DNA from: Nitrosopumilaceae archaeon
GTDB lineage: Archaea; Thermoproteota; Nitrososphaeria; Nitrososphaerales; Nitrosopumilaceae
Direction: 5' to 3'
Assembly: GCA_965214835.1 (NCBI GenBank)
Contig: CBDCCK010000002.1
Coordinates: 2,848,001-2,912,000 of the forward strand
DNA: 64,000 nucleotides
In this document: in pieces, positions 10,593 through 20,532 of the stretch
Position numbering within the stretch: the first letter of the stretch is position 1
Layout of the letters: each line of letters starts with the position of its first letter
Program-made: the position numbers and the translations under genes
The notes under the pieces: generated by a model
What the model was told of the DNA's origin: nothing
Databases searched by the model: none
The model's input: the letters and a program-made list of their open reading frames with translations, nothing else

Positions 10593-11095
10593 CAGTTATG
10601 TCCATGGCCCTCCCGCACCTGCACACCGGCGAGCACGTCCCGTCGTTGTCCCGGAACGTGTGAAGCACCGTCTTCTGGGGGTCGTGTCTTCTGGATGTCC
10701 CCTTGTGGTCCCTCTGGCCTCCCGGCTTTTTGCCGGTGCCACTATTGCTGCCGTTGCCACGGTTACTGGCCCTTTCCCTTTTCCGCTGCGCCTTTTGCCT
10801 CTTGTACTATAGTGATCCTGCAGACGGTGGCGAGTTCTTGTTCTCGTAGTACCGGAGCCGCCTGTCTTGCTCCTCGATTGTCCTGTCCTTCTCCTTTATC
10901 ATCCTGCACATTGCCTTTTGGTTATTTTCTAGCGTGCTTATTCTGTCTGTGAATGATACAATTGTGGCCTCTAGTTCGCGGTATGTGGGTCGACGGCCTT
11001 TCATGTTGATGCTATACAGGCATCGTATTTGATCAGCATGATCGCAATATGTTAAGCAGGTTGTCAAAACACGTCAAAACTAGGTGACCTCGTAC
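10593..11095 (-). mobile_element. IS66-like element, left-end fragment
   Basis: same left end and 5' ORF as 14795 and 56000; truncated at the IS630 end; abuts an ISH3 right-end remnant (ctaggaagtactg, 11096-11108). Confidence 0.85.
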
Positions 11096-11181
11096 CTAGG
11101 AAGTACTGACATGGTTACTGGGACTTGGCACTATGGAAGACTTGGAATCTTCTTTTTATTTCACAACTGCACAATTAACAC

Positions 11182-12066
11182 ATGACCAAATCGTGCAGGC
11201 GGCATTTTGCCATTACCGACTCTGACAGGGGGGAGACAATTTGTAACTTCTGCGGCGTGGTTCTGACTGAAAAGCTAGTTGACAGATGCCACGAGAATAA
11301 TTACTTTGAGGAGTTCTCTACAAAGAACAATGCCAGGACAGGGCCTGCCACATGCCTGTCGATGTATGACAAGGGTCTTTATACCGTAATTGGAAGCAAC
11401 ACTGACTCGTCCGGCCACCTCCTTTCAGGCAAGACAAAGTCCAGCTTTGAGCGTCTGCGAGTCTGGGACAGGCGCAGCAAGTCCGTTTCGTTGGGGCGTA
11501 ACTTCGGCACCGCGTTTGTCCAGCTTGACGCCATCAAGGCCAAGCTTGGCATTCCTGACAGCGTCATGGAGGAGACCGCATACCTGTATCGCAAGGTTGT
11601 AGCCAGGCGGCTGCTTCGTGGCAGGCCGATCGCCCATGTAATGGCAGCCTGCTTGTATGCCTCCTGCAGGGCCACCAACACCCCTCGGAGCATAGACGAT
11701 ATTGCAAGAACCGCCAACATCAGGAGGACATCTGTATCCAGAACCCTCCGGCTGCTGCTTTGCGGGCTGAACATGAGGCTGGAACAGTACGACATCCGGG
11801 ACTTTGCCGTAAGGCTGGCAAACAACCTGGGCCTAGGCGAGAAGACCAAAAGGCGCGCGCTGGAAATTCTGGCCGACTCTAAACGGCAGGGCATGCCTGC
11901 AGGCAAAAACCCCGTGGGGTTTGCCGCGGCCTCCGTATACCTTGCATGCCTGGAATGCGGGGAGGAGGTATCCCAGACGCTGGTCTCTGGCCGGTCCGGG
12001 ATTTCCTGCGTGACGATTCGCAACACGGCTGCCCAGATAAGAAAAAGGATCACTCTTCGGCTCTGA
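11182..12066 (+). CDS. tfb: transcription initiation factor IIB paralog
   Basis: zinc ribbon (GETICNFCG), two cyclin repeats, GKNPVGFAAASVY. Confidence 0.95.
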   Translation: MTKSCRRHFAITDSDRGETICNFCGVVLTEKLVDRCHENNYFEEFSTKNNARTGPATCLSMYDKGLYTVIGSNTDSSGHLLSGKTKSSFERLRVWDRRSKSVSLGRNFGTAFVQLDAIKAKLGIPDSVMEETAYLYRKVVARRLLRGRPIAHVMAACLYASCRATNTPRSIDDIARTANIRRTSVSRTLRLLLCGLNMRLEQYDIRDFAVRLANNLGLGEKTKRRALEILADSKRQGMPAGKNPVGFAAASVYLACLECGEEVSQTLVSGRSGISCVTIRNTAAQIRKRITLRL

Positions 12067-13441
12067 TCACCTCTTTTTTGACCCACGTAGTTTGAGATTT
12101 ATGATCCAGCAGCTCTACATTCAGAGACGCAATCTCGTCCCTGATCCTGTCTGCCTCCTCGTACCGCCCTGACCGTCTTAGCTCCTCCCTTTTTACAATC
12201 ATCCCGTTTATGGATCTTACCTCCTCGTCTGAGATTTCTGGAATGGACAGGCCTAGCACCTCCATGTACCTCTCGATCTCCGGCCTTGCAGCCTCGCTGA
12301 CGCTCTTTGTCAGCTGCTCGCCTGCGGCCAGCCTGTTGATTTCCCTGACCAGCCTGAAAAATGCCGACAATGCCTCGTGCGTGTTAAAGTCGTTTTCCAG
12401 GCATCTGTCAAACTCAAGGCCGCATCCCCTTATGATCTCCTGAATCTCCTTGGTGCCCCCTCCGCCTCGTGCATGAACCAGCTCAAAATACGCCGTCTCT
12501 GTCTGCCTCCACTTGACCAGGCTTTCCCTGAGCAGCCCCTCAGAATAGTCAATCGGCTTTGAATAATGTCCCGACAGGCAAAACAGCCTGATGACATTTG
12601 GGCCCCAGTCCCCCAAGAGCCGTCCTACGGACTTTACGTTTCCAAGCGACTTTGACATCTTCTCGCCGTTGACTGTGACCATCCCAACATGCATCCAGGA
12701 TTTTGCAAGCTGCCCGCCTGCATGCGCCTCGGACTGTGCAATCTCGTTTTCATGGTGCGGGAAGATCAGATCCCTTCCACCGCCGTGGATGTCAAAGCCG
12801 CCTCCAAGGTACCTGAGGCTCATGGCCGAGCACTCTATGTGCCATCCGGGCCTGCCTGCGCCCCACGGACTGTCCCATCTTGGCTCCGTATCTGCTAGCT
12901 TCCACAGTGCAAAGTCCAAGGGATCCCTTTTGTCCTCGTCAATTACCACCCTTGCGCCTGACTGCAGCTCGCCGATCCTCTTTTTGGACAGCTTGCCGTA
13001 TTGGGGAAACTCTGACACTGCAAAATATACGCCATTCTTGCTTACATAGGCGGCCTTTTTCCTGATCAAGTCCTCGATGAATCGGATCATGTCTGGGATG
13101 TGTTCTGTGGCCCTCGGATATGCAGTGGCCCTCTTGACGTTGAGCCCGTCAAAATCGCGATGGTAGCCTTTGATGTATTTCTCGCTGATTCCTGCTGCTG
13201 TCTTCCCCTCCACCTGTGCGCGGCTGATGATTTTGTCGTCGATGTCCGTAAAGTTCTGTACCATCTCGACTCTGTGACCCCTGCCCTCCAGATGCCTGCG
13301 CAGGACGTCAAAGACGACAATGGTCCTTGCGTGTCCTATGTGCGAGTCATCATAGACGGTGACCCCACAGAGGTAAATCCCGACCCTGTCCCCAAGCTGC
13401 AGCTCCTTTTCCTGTGCCGATAACGTGTCTGCTATCCTCAT
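12050..13441 (-). CDS. cysS: cysteine--tRNA ligase
   Basis: CGVTVYDDSHIGHAR, GRPGWHIECSAM, KMSKSLGN. Confidence 0.98.
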   Translation of the reverse strand: MRIADTLSAQEKELQLGDRVGIYLCGVTVYDDSHIGHARTIVVFDVLRRHLEGRGHRVEMVQNFTDIDDKIISRAQVEGKTAAGISEKYIKGYHRDFDGLNVKRATAYPRATEHIPDMIRFIEDLIRKKAAYVSKNGVYFAVSEFPQYGKLSKKRIGELQSGARVVIDEDKRDPLDFALWKLADTEPRWDSPWGAGRPGWHIECSAMSLRYLGGGFDIHGGGRDLIFPHHENEIAQSEAHAGGQLAKSWMHVGMVTVNGEKMSKSLGNVKSVGRLLGDWGPNVIRLFCLSGHYSKPIDYSEGLLRESLVKWRQTETAYFELVHARGGGGTKEIQEIIRGCGLEFDRCLENDFNTHEALSAFFRLVREINRLAAGEQLTKSVSEAARPEIERYMEVLGLSIPEISDEEVRSINGMIVKREELRRSGRYEEADRIRDEIASLNVELLDHKSQTTWVKKEVIRAEE

Positions 13442-13442
13442 T

Positions 13443-14234
13443 TTATATCTCCGGGGCCCCTGGCACTGGCTCCCTTTTGTGCCTGCTGTCCTGATTCATC
13501 TGGCGGATTCTGTTGATTTTTCCCCTTGCGATTCCAGTCTCCTTCTCGGTTTGCTCAACTGACAGCCTCCTGTCTATCAGGCAATGAAGGATTGGGTCTG
13601 TCTCCTCATATGTCAGGCCAATCTCCACCTCTGCGTCGTGGCCCTTCCACAGGTTGGGACTGCTTTTCTTTTTGATGATTTCCTGCGGAACCCCTAGGTA
13701 TTCTGCTAGCCTTCTTACCTGAGTCTTGTACAGTGAGGCGATTGGCATTGCATCTGAGGCGCCGTCCCCATATTTTGTAAAGTATCCTATCAAAAGCTCG
13801 CTTCTGTCGCTGGATCCCAACACGAGATAGTTTCTGATGTTGGCATAGTAATAAAGAACACTTGTGCGGATCCTTGCCCTGAGGTTTCCGGCACCCATCT
13901 GGTTTGGCTCCAGCACCTTTGTAAACTCTCTTACTATCAGGTTGATGTCCAGCAGCTTGTAATCCAGGCCTAGGCTGCCTGCCAGGCCCAGGGCGTCACG
14001 GGTCTCCTCGCTGGGAGATACCTTCGAGTCCGGCAGAATCATGGCAAGCGAGTTTTTTGGAAAGCATCTTTTTGCCAGCACCGCGGTGACCGCCGAGTCA
14101 ACCCCGCCGCTCAGGCCCAGCACCACTCCATCCTTTTTGGCCTGCCATACCCGCTCCCTGATAAAGTCCTCTATGGTCCTGGCTGCCCCGGCATAGTCTT
14201 TGGCGGTCATGCGATCCAGAATCTCTTGGCTCAC
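13443..14234 (-). CDS. nadE: NH3-dependent NAD+ synthetase
   Basis: GLSGGVDS, NLRARIR, GYFTKYGDG. Confidence 0.97.
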   Translation of the reverse strand: MSQEILDRMTAKDYAGAARTIEDFIRERVWQAKKDGVVLGLSGGVDSAVTAVLAKRCFPKNSLAMILPDSKVSPSEETRDALGLAGSLGLDYKLLDINLIVREFTKVLEPNQMGAGNLRARIRTSVLYYYANIRNYLVLGSSDRSELLIGYFTKYGDGASDAMPIASLYKTQVRRLAEYLGVPQEIIKKKSSPNLWKGHDAEVEIGLTYEETDPILHCLIDRRLSVEQTEKETGIARGKINRIRQMNQDSRHKREPVPGAPEI

Positions 14235-14269
14235 GGACTAGGCTGGGTTATTTTGGCATAAAAATTATG

Positions 14270-14572
14270 TCAAACGTCGATATAGACCCCGTCGCCTTTT
14301 TCCTCTACCGGGTATGTCTGCAGCCTGATGCCCTTGAGATAGTCAAGCAGGTCTCCGGTTTTCAGGTTATAGTGCCAGAAGTGGTGTGGGCACTCTACGA
14401 CGTCGCCTTCTATGCTTCCGCATGCTATTGACTGATCCTGATGCACGCACATTGCATCTAGCGCATAAAATCCGTCCTTGTTGAATACGGCTATTCTTTT
14501 GCCGCCAACCTCAACCTCTGTGCCCCCTCCGGACTCGATGGATCCCTTTTCTGCAACCTTTGTCCAGGCCAA
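14270..14572 (-). CDS. Rieske 2Fe-2S ferredoxin
   Basis: CVH...CPHH Rieske motifs. Confidence 0.92.
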   Translation of the reverse strand: MAWTKVAEKGSIESGGGTEVEVGGKRIAVFNKDGFYALDAMCVHQDQSIACGSIEGDVVECPHHFWHYNLKTGDLLDYLKGIRLQTYPVEEKGDGVYIDV

Positions 14573-14794
14573 TGCCTTTTGGCCATTCTTGGCACTTATT
14601 TAGATTCCCACGCAATGGCGCGTAAGAGCTTGGACCCCTCCCGAAAATACGGCAGTGTGCACGGTGATCAAGGCCTTGGCCTGCAGTGCTGTGGGGCAAA
14701 CTCTTGCCGTTGACACCGTCCCGGATTTTTCCAGAAATCCGCCGATGGGCTTGTGTATCGTGAGTGCGGGATGTGACGGCCTTGTGGATCCACG

Positions 14795-17157
14795 GTACGA
14801 GGTCACCTAGTTTTGACGTGTTTTGACAACCTGTTTAACATATTGCGATCATGCTGATCAAATACGATGCCTGTATAGCATCAACATCATGAAAGGCCGT
14901 CGACCCACATACCGCGAACTAGAGGCCACAATTGTATCATTCACAGACAGAATAAGCACGCTAGAAAATAACCAAAAGGCAATGTGCAGGATGATAAAGG
15001 AGAAGGACAGGACAATCGAGGAGCAGAGCAGGATGATGAAGGAGAAGGACAGGACAATCGAGGAGCAGAGCAGGATGATGAAGGAGAAGGACAGGACAAT
15101 CGAGGAGCAGAGCAGGCGGCTCCGTATGAGTTTACCCCTTCACCTACTTGGTGAATTCTTCCTGACCACCCGATCTATAAGATAGCATTACCTAGAAAAA
15201 CGCATGTCATCCGGCTCGGAGGTCAAGATACTGCGCGACGAGATAGCCCGCCTCATAGCGGAGATTGGCAAGATGAAAAGGGAGTTTGCCACAAGAAACG
15301 GGGAGCTGGCCACACAGCTGGCCGAGGCCATGGCACGAATCGCGATGCTGGAGGCAGAAAACCTGCAGCTCAGACAGCACATCAAATATTACGAAAACCC
15401 GCACACCCCCTCCTCGCAGAACTCGATTCCGACCAGGCAGAAAAAGGCCGCCGCCGCAAAGGCATCAGGCGGCGTGCCCGCACCTGCAAAGGCAAAACCG
15501 GGCCGCAAATCGGAACACGAGGGGGTATCACACAAGAGAAAGCCGACCGAGTTTGTAAAGCACTGCCCCAAAAAGTGCGGCAAGTGCGGCGGCACCAACA
15601 TGAAAAAGCCCGAAAAGATGTTCTCCAAGCTTGTGACCGAGACCCCTAGGAGGCCCGAGCCGGTCACGACACAGCACACCGCATACAGGCGCAAATGCGC
15701 CGACTGCGGCCACGAGTCCGTCGAGGACGACAGGTCATGGAACGTGCCGGGAACAGAATTTGGACCAAACATCACGGGGATGATGACTGCAATACACGTG
15801 GCACCTGCCTCCATACAGGCCACGGCCACGCTGTGCTCTGAGATCCTGGGCATGGACGTCTCAGAGGCAGGCGTGCTGCAGTGCCTGAGGGCCGGCGCCA
15901 ATGCGATAAAGCCCGGCGTAGAGAGCATCAAGCAGGCCATCAGGGATTCTGATTATCTGCATATTGACGAGACTGCCATGCCATACAACGGCAGGACGGC
16001 CCGCATATGGGTGGTCGTGGGAAGAAAAGGTGACGGCACCGTCACCGGGATCCACACGCTGGCCGCACCCAGCAGGGGCAGGGCCGTAGTTGACATGAAC
16101 TTTCCATATTATGACAAACCGGTCACAGTCGACGGGTACGGCGTATACGCCGCATTCAAGATCAGGCAGTGGTGCCGGATCCGCATACTCCGGGAGGCCA
16201 GGGAGGCCGGCAAGGTTTCCCGGCAGGCCCACGCGCTGTATGTGGCCCTCAAGAAAAAGTTTATCCATGCCAAGGGGCTGGGGCCGCCGGAGGGCGCCGC
16301 CCAGCACGACATGCTGGTGGCAGAAACGCGCGGGCTGGCCGAGGCATTCGGCAGGGAGGCCGGATGCGAGAGCTTTGCCACAAAGCTTGGGAACGCCTCG
16401 GAATACCTGTACACGTTCGTGCTATACCCGGGCATGGAGCCCACCAACAACCTGGCCGAGCGCATGCTGAGGCCGTCCGTAATTGCACGCAAGATATTCC
16501 AGGGACTCCGTACCATGGAAGGCATGGAGATGTTCACCGTACTGATGACATGCGCGATGAACTGGCGCGCCCGGGGATGCGGCGTGAGGGAGATGGTCGT
16601 CAAGACCCTGACTGGCAGCGTCGCCTGAGGGGTAAACTCTTACGGCGGCTCCGGTACTACGAGAACGAGAACTCGCCACCGTCTGCAGAATCACTAGAGT
16701 ACAAGAGGCAAAAGGCGCAGCGGAAAAGGGAGAGGGCCAGTAACCGTGGCAACGGCAGCAGTAGTGGCACCGGCAAAAAGCCGGGAGGCCAGAGGGGCCA
16801 CAAGGGGACATCCAGAAGACACGACCCCCAGAAGACGGTGCTTCACACGTTCCAGGACAACGACGGGACGTGCTCGCCGGTGTGCATGTGCGGGAGGGCC
16901 ATGGACATAACTGCCCTGATACGGGACATCATCGACTTTGAACCGGTTCGGATGACAGAGACGAGGCACATAACCGAGCGTGCTACATGCAGACTGTGCG
17001 GCATTACGATATCAGCAGACGACGGACTCCCAAGGAGGGGCAGGTACGGCAAGCACATGATCTCCCTTGTGTCTGCCTTGCGCGCAAGGCACATGCCGCT
17101 GCAGTCCGTGGCAGACACACTCAAGGATTTTACCGGCAGGAGCATCGCCAAATCGAC
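14795..17157 (+). mobile_element. IS66-like element (family 1), interrupted and truncated
   Basis: left end gtacgaggtcac; split by the 15124-16643 insertion; cut off at 17158. Confidence 0.88.
15124..16643 (+). mobile_element. IS66-like element (family 2), transposase 15204-16628
   Basis: TIR gtatgagtttaccc/gggtaaactcttac; 9-bp TSD ggcggctcc; HIDET, VDGY, PTNNLAER. Confidence 0.93.
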
Positions 17158-18792
17158 GTATGAGGTCACCTACCCCTCACAATAGGGTAAACATTACTGA
17201 CGGTGCTGATCCTTATACTATGATCGCGTAGACTAGGCATTGTGAAAGGTCAGCCCTCCGCATGCTGCGAGATCGAGGCATCTACAGCATCGCCCACGGA
17301 GACGATAAGGAATCTAAAAAAGGATCTCAAGGAGCGCGACAATATCATTGAGGAGCAGGGCAGGACCATTGAAAAGCTAAACAAGACACTTGAAAAGCGC
17401 GACAAGACCATCAGGGAGCAGGACAACCGGCTCCGATACTACGAGAACAAGAACTCGCCCCCGTCAGCAGACTCGCTGGAGTGGAAGAGGCAAAAGGCAC
17501 AGAGGAGAAAGGAGAGGGCTAGGTCCGATGCTGCAGCCGGGGATGACGGCACCGGGGAGGACAGAAAAAAGCCCGGCGGCCAGAAGGGCCACAATGGCGT
17601 ATCGCGCACCCACCGGCCCACCAGGGTACAGAAACACTGCTTTCCGGGTGGACGGGCGCCGGAGTGCAAGTGCGGCACCACCACAGAGATCATGAAAAAG
17701 CCGCAGGTGCGCGACATGATAGGATTCAAGATAAAGTACACCGAGACGCGCCACGAGACACAGAGGGCAGTGTGCCCGAAATGCGGCACCATGCATACTG
17801 CCCCCGACGGCCTGCCCCGACGCGGCAGCTATGACACGAGCGTGGTCACAGCCGTCACAAAGCTGCGCAGCGAGGGCGTCCCACACAACAGGATCCCGGG
17901 TATAATGTCAGATATCCTGGGCGTGCACATGTCAAAGTCAACTGCAATCAACAGCATAGGACGCGTCTGCGACGCCGCAAAGGCGCCTGCCGAGGCCATC
18001 GCAGAGGAGGTAAGAAGCTCAAAGACGGTCTGCATAGACGAGACGGGGATCAACCTGGCAGGCAGACTGGGATGGGCGTGGGCCATGCTGTCGGCGGTGG
18101 GCGTGTTCATGATATATGCAGACACCAGGAGCGCCCGGATCCTGGACCAGTACATGGGCGGGTACGGGGGCGCCGTCACATCGGACGGATATCCCGCATA
18201 CAAGAGGTTCGGGCTGCTGGGAAGGCTCCAGCGGTGCTGGGCGCACGAGCTGCGGTTCCTCCTGTATGGCTCGCAGAAAAAGGGTGCCCTGCTGTTTGCA
18301 GGAGTCCTGTACCGGCAGATGCAGCAGCTGTTCAAGGATGCTAGGGAGTGTCTTGAGGGCTGGGACAAGCTGTCCGGGGAGGATCTCCGGGAGCTCGAGG
18401 AGAGGACGGGGATAAGCAGTGCCGGCGGGCTGATGGGGCGGCACTCGCCGGAGCTGCGCCGGCGGTTTGAGACCAACATGCAGAACATGCTGTTCGGATA
18501 CGTTGATGCATGGGGCGGCCCGCTGGAGCCCCTTCTCAAGAGGATGCACAGGGCCCTGCCGTGCATGTTTGCGTTTCTGGAATACGAGGGTGTCGAGCCG
18601 ACCAACAATGGTGCAGAGCGGGCGCTGCGCCCCGTCGTGCTTCAATTCAAGATAAGCGGCCAGATCAAGGGCGGCCTGGTCTGGACGGAAAGGCATGGAT
18701 GGCTCAATACATGCGTGTCGACATGGAAGCTGCAGGGCAAGTCCATCATGGATGAGGTGGCCAAAATAATCTAGGGGTAGGTGACCACATAC
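17158..18792 (+). mobile_element. IS66-like element (family 3), transposase 17242-18774
   Basis: TIR gtatgaggtcacctacccc/ggggtaggtgaccacatac; IDETG, SDGY, QRCWAH, PTNNGAERALR. Confidence 0.93.
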
Positions 18793-18825
18793 GAATACTT
18801 TACCCTTTGCCGATCAGGAAAAACG

Positions 18826-19149
18826 ATGAAAAAGGCAGCGCTTACAGAGCGGCAGATAAAATACGCTACAAGGCAGCGAGAGAAGGGCAGGACGCTGAAG
18901 GCAATAGTAAGGGAGCTGGAGGTGACGCCCCGGTACGTGGGCAGGCTGCGCCGAGTCCGAAAGGACCGGCACGGTGCACGTGCAAAGGAGTCCCGCCAAG
19001 CCCGCATCGCCGCCGCCCTTAAGCGACAAGGTAGAGGCGGTGCTTCGACTGCACGCCGGGCAGGACATCGGCGCGGTGCGCACGACCAGCGCGAGCCCCT
19101 CCCTGCACAGGATCCCATCGGGAGAGACGCCGGCTGCAAGCTGCTTTAG
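18826..19149 (+). pseudogene. IS481-like transposase N-terminal fragment
   Basis: HTH-like N-terminus, then frameshift. Confidence 0.5.
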
Positions 19150-19404
19150 CTGGGGCGGCACCTCCGCATGCGCGGTGGCAATGGCAGCTGTTGCCAGAAC
19201 GAGAGAGTCCTGCCGCGGCAAGGCGTCTGATCATGGCATGCCTACAGGCATGTTTCCAAAAAGATTGTCGCCGCGTACGAGGCCGCCTTCCCCTCAGATA
19301 GTTAAGCGCGGGTTGCATGCAACGGTGATTTGCACGCCCGGCAGTGGTGGAATGCGGCCTCGTACGCTTGAGCCATCCTGCAAAGGCTCCGGCCAGGCAC
19401 CAAG

Positions 19405-20532
19405 CTACGCATACAGCTCCTTCATCAAGTAGACATGCTCTGGGGTTGCACCGTTTAGAATATTTTTGTTAAAGGGAACAGAATCAGGCATAGAATTGCG
19501 GCAGGATTCAGCCTCAGAGGCCGGATCTGAGATGTTGTTGTTTTCCATGTCGTTGATTTTCGATATTATCCCGTGCATGGATGCAGAGGACGCATCAGCA
19601 GAACGTGTGCCATCAAAAATTCCCCCGACATGCTGGATCAGGATTTTGATTAACAAGATGTCAGAAACGTGTCTGGTCTTCTTATAACTTGCATCCTTTG
19701 AGATATAGGTTCCCTGGAAATCAGAATGCCGCTTTGCCTGTGCTGCGGTAATGCTCACAGCGGAAGTCAGATCCAGAAAGCCATCCACCGAACAGGAGAT
19801 GTTTTGAACTATGTCATCGACGGCATACTTTGGAGAATGAAAGTGCGCAGTCTTAAAACCAGTGAGTCTTGGAAAGATATCAACTGCTTCCCGTATGTCA
19901 TGCTTGTCGGACAGTCGCATTAGCGCAGCAATGTCGTAGATTTGCTTGGCAATCTCCGTCTGTCGGGTGGGCTTCAGTCCGATTGTGCCCAGTGCCAGGG
20001 TGGTAATCTTGTCAGCCAAAAGAGCGCCCTTGGAGAGAATGTTCATCTCCGCAGTTGTGGAAAAGCCAAAAACGGTGGTGCCTAGAGGCACCGTCCTTGT
20101 GGACAGCGGCAAGCCAGACTCGCAGAGAAAGTCAACCTTGACGGATCCTCTGCCGCCCAGGCACGAGTCATAGGATACCTTGTAGGTGATCAGGTTGTCA
20201 AGAGGGTAGGGATTTGACGGATGGTACTCCTTACATGCAAGCTCATCCATGGCATCAATGCCGACCATTGCATCTCGGACATCATCAAGCGTGCCGGGGG
20301 TCATCAGATCGATGTCGATGCTCAGCCGCTTGGCGGCATCTGGCAAATGAAACGGCATGCACATGCCTCCCCTGACTATGCAGCCAAGACTGCCTGAAAC
20401 ATGGCGATACACCTCAAAGTCCATCATGAATTTTTCAACGGAAGATCTATCAACAAAGCCATACCGGACCGCGACTGCACCAACGTTTTCAGCTGTCAGA
20501 TATCGGGATAATGATAGTGGCAAGTCACTCAC
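19405..20532 (-). CDS. AbiEii-family nucleotidyltransferase toxin
   Basis: VRGGMC, RLSIDIDL, VKVDF, LLADKI, KQIYDI match AbiEii/DUF1814 motifs. Confidence 0.85.
   Translation of the reverse strand: MSDLPLSLSRYLTAENVGAVAVRYGFVDRSSVEKFMMDFEVYRHVSGSLGCIVRGGMCMPFHLPDAAKRLSIDIDLMTPGTLDDVRDAMVGIDAMDELACKEYHPSNPYPLDNLITYKVSYDSCLGGRGSVKVDFLCESGLPLSTRTVPLGTTVFGFSTTAEMNILSKGALLADKITTLALGTIGLKPTRQTEIAKQIYDIAALMRLSDKHDIREAVDIFPRLTGFKTAHFHSPKYAVDDIVQNISCSVDGFLDLTSAVSITAAQAKRHSDFQGTYISKDASYKKTRHVSDILLIKILIQHVGGIFDGTRSADASSASMHGIISKINDMENNNISDPASEAESCRNSMPDSVPFNKNILNGATPEHVYLMKELYA

Noticed and set aside
14985-15116. Tandem repeat as CRISPR
   Set aside because: No spacers; it is an in-frame coding repeat
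16169-17185. 338-aa ORF and the many antisense or alternative-frame ORFs in the track
   Set aside because: Shadow frames of GC-rich genes or read-through between nested IS elements
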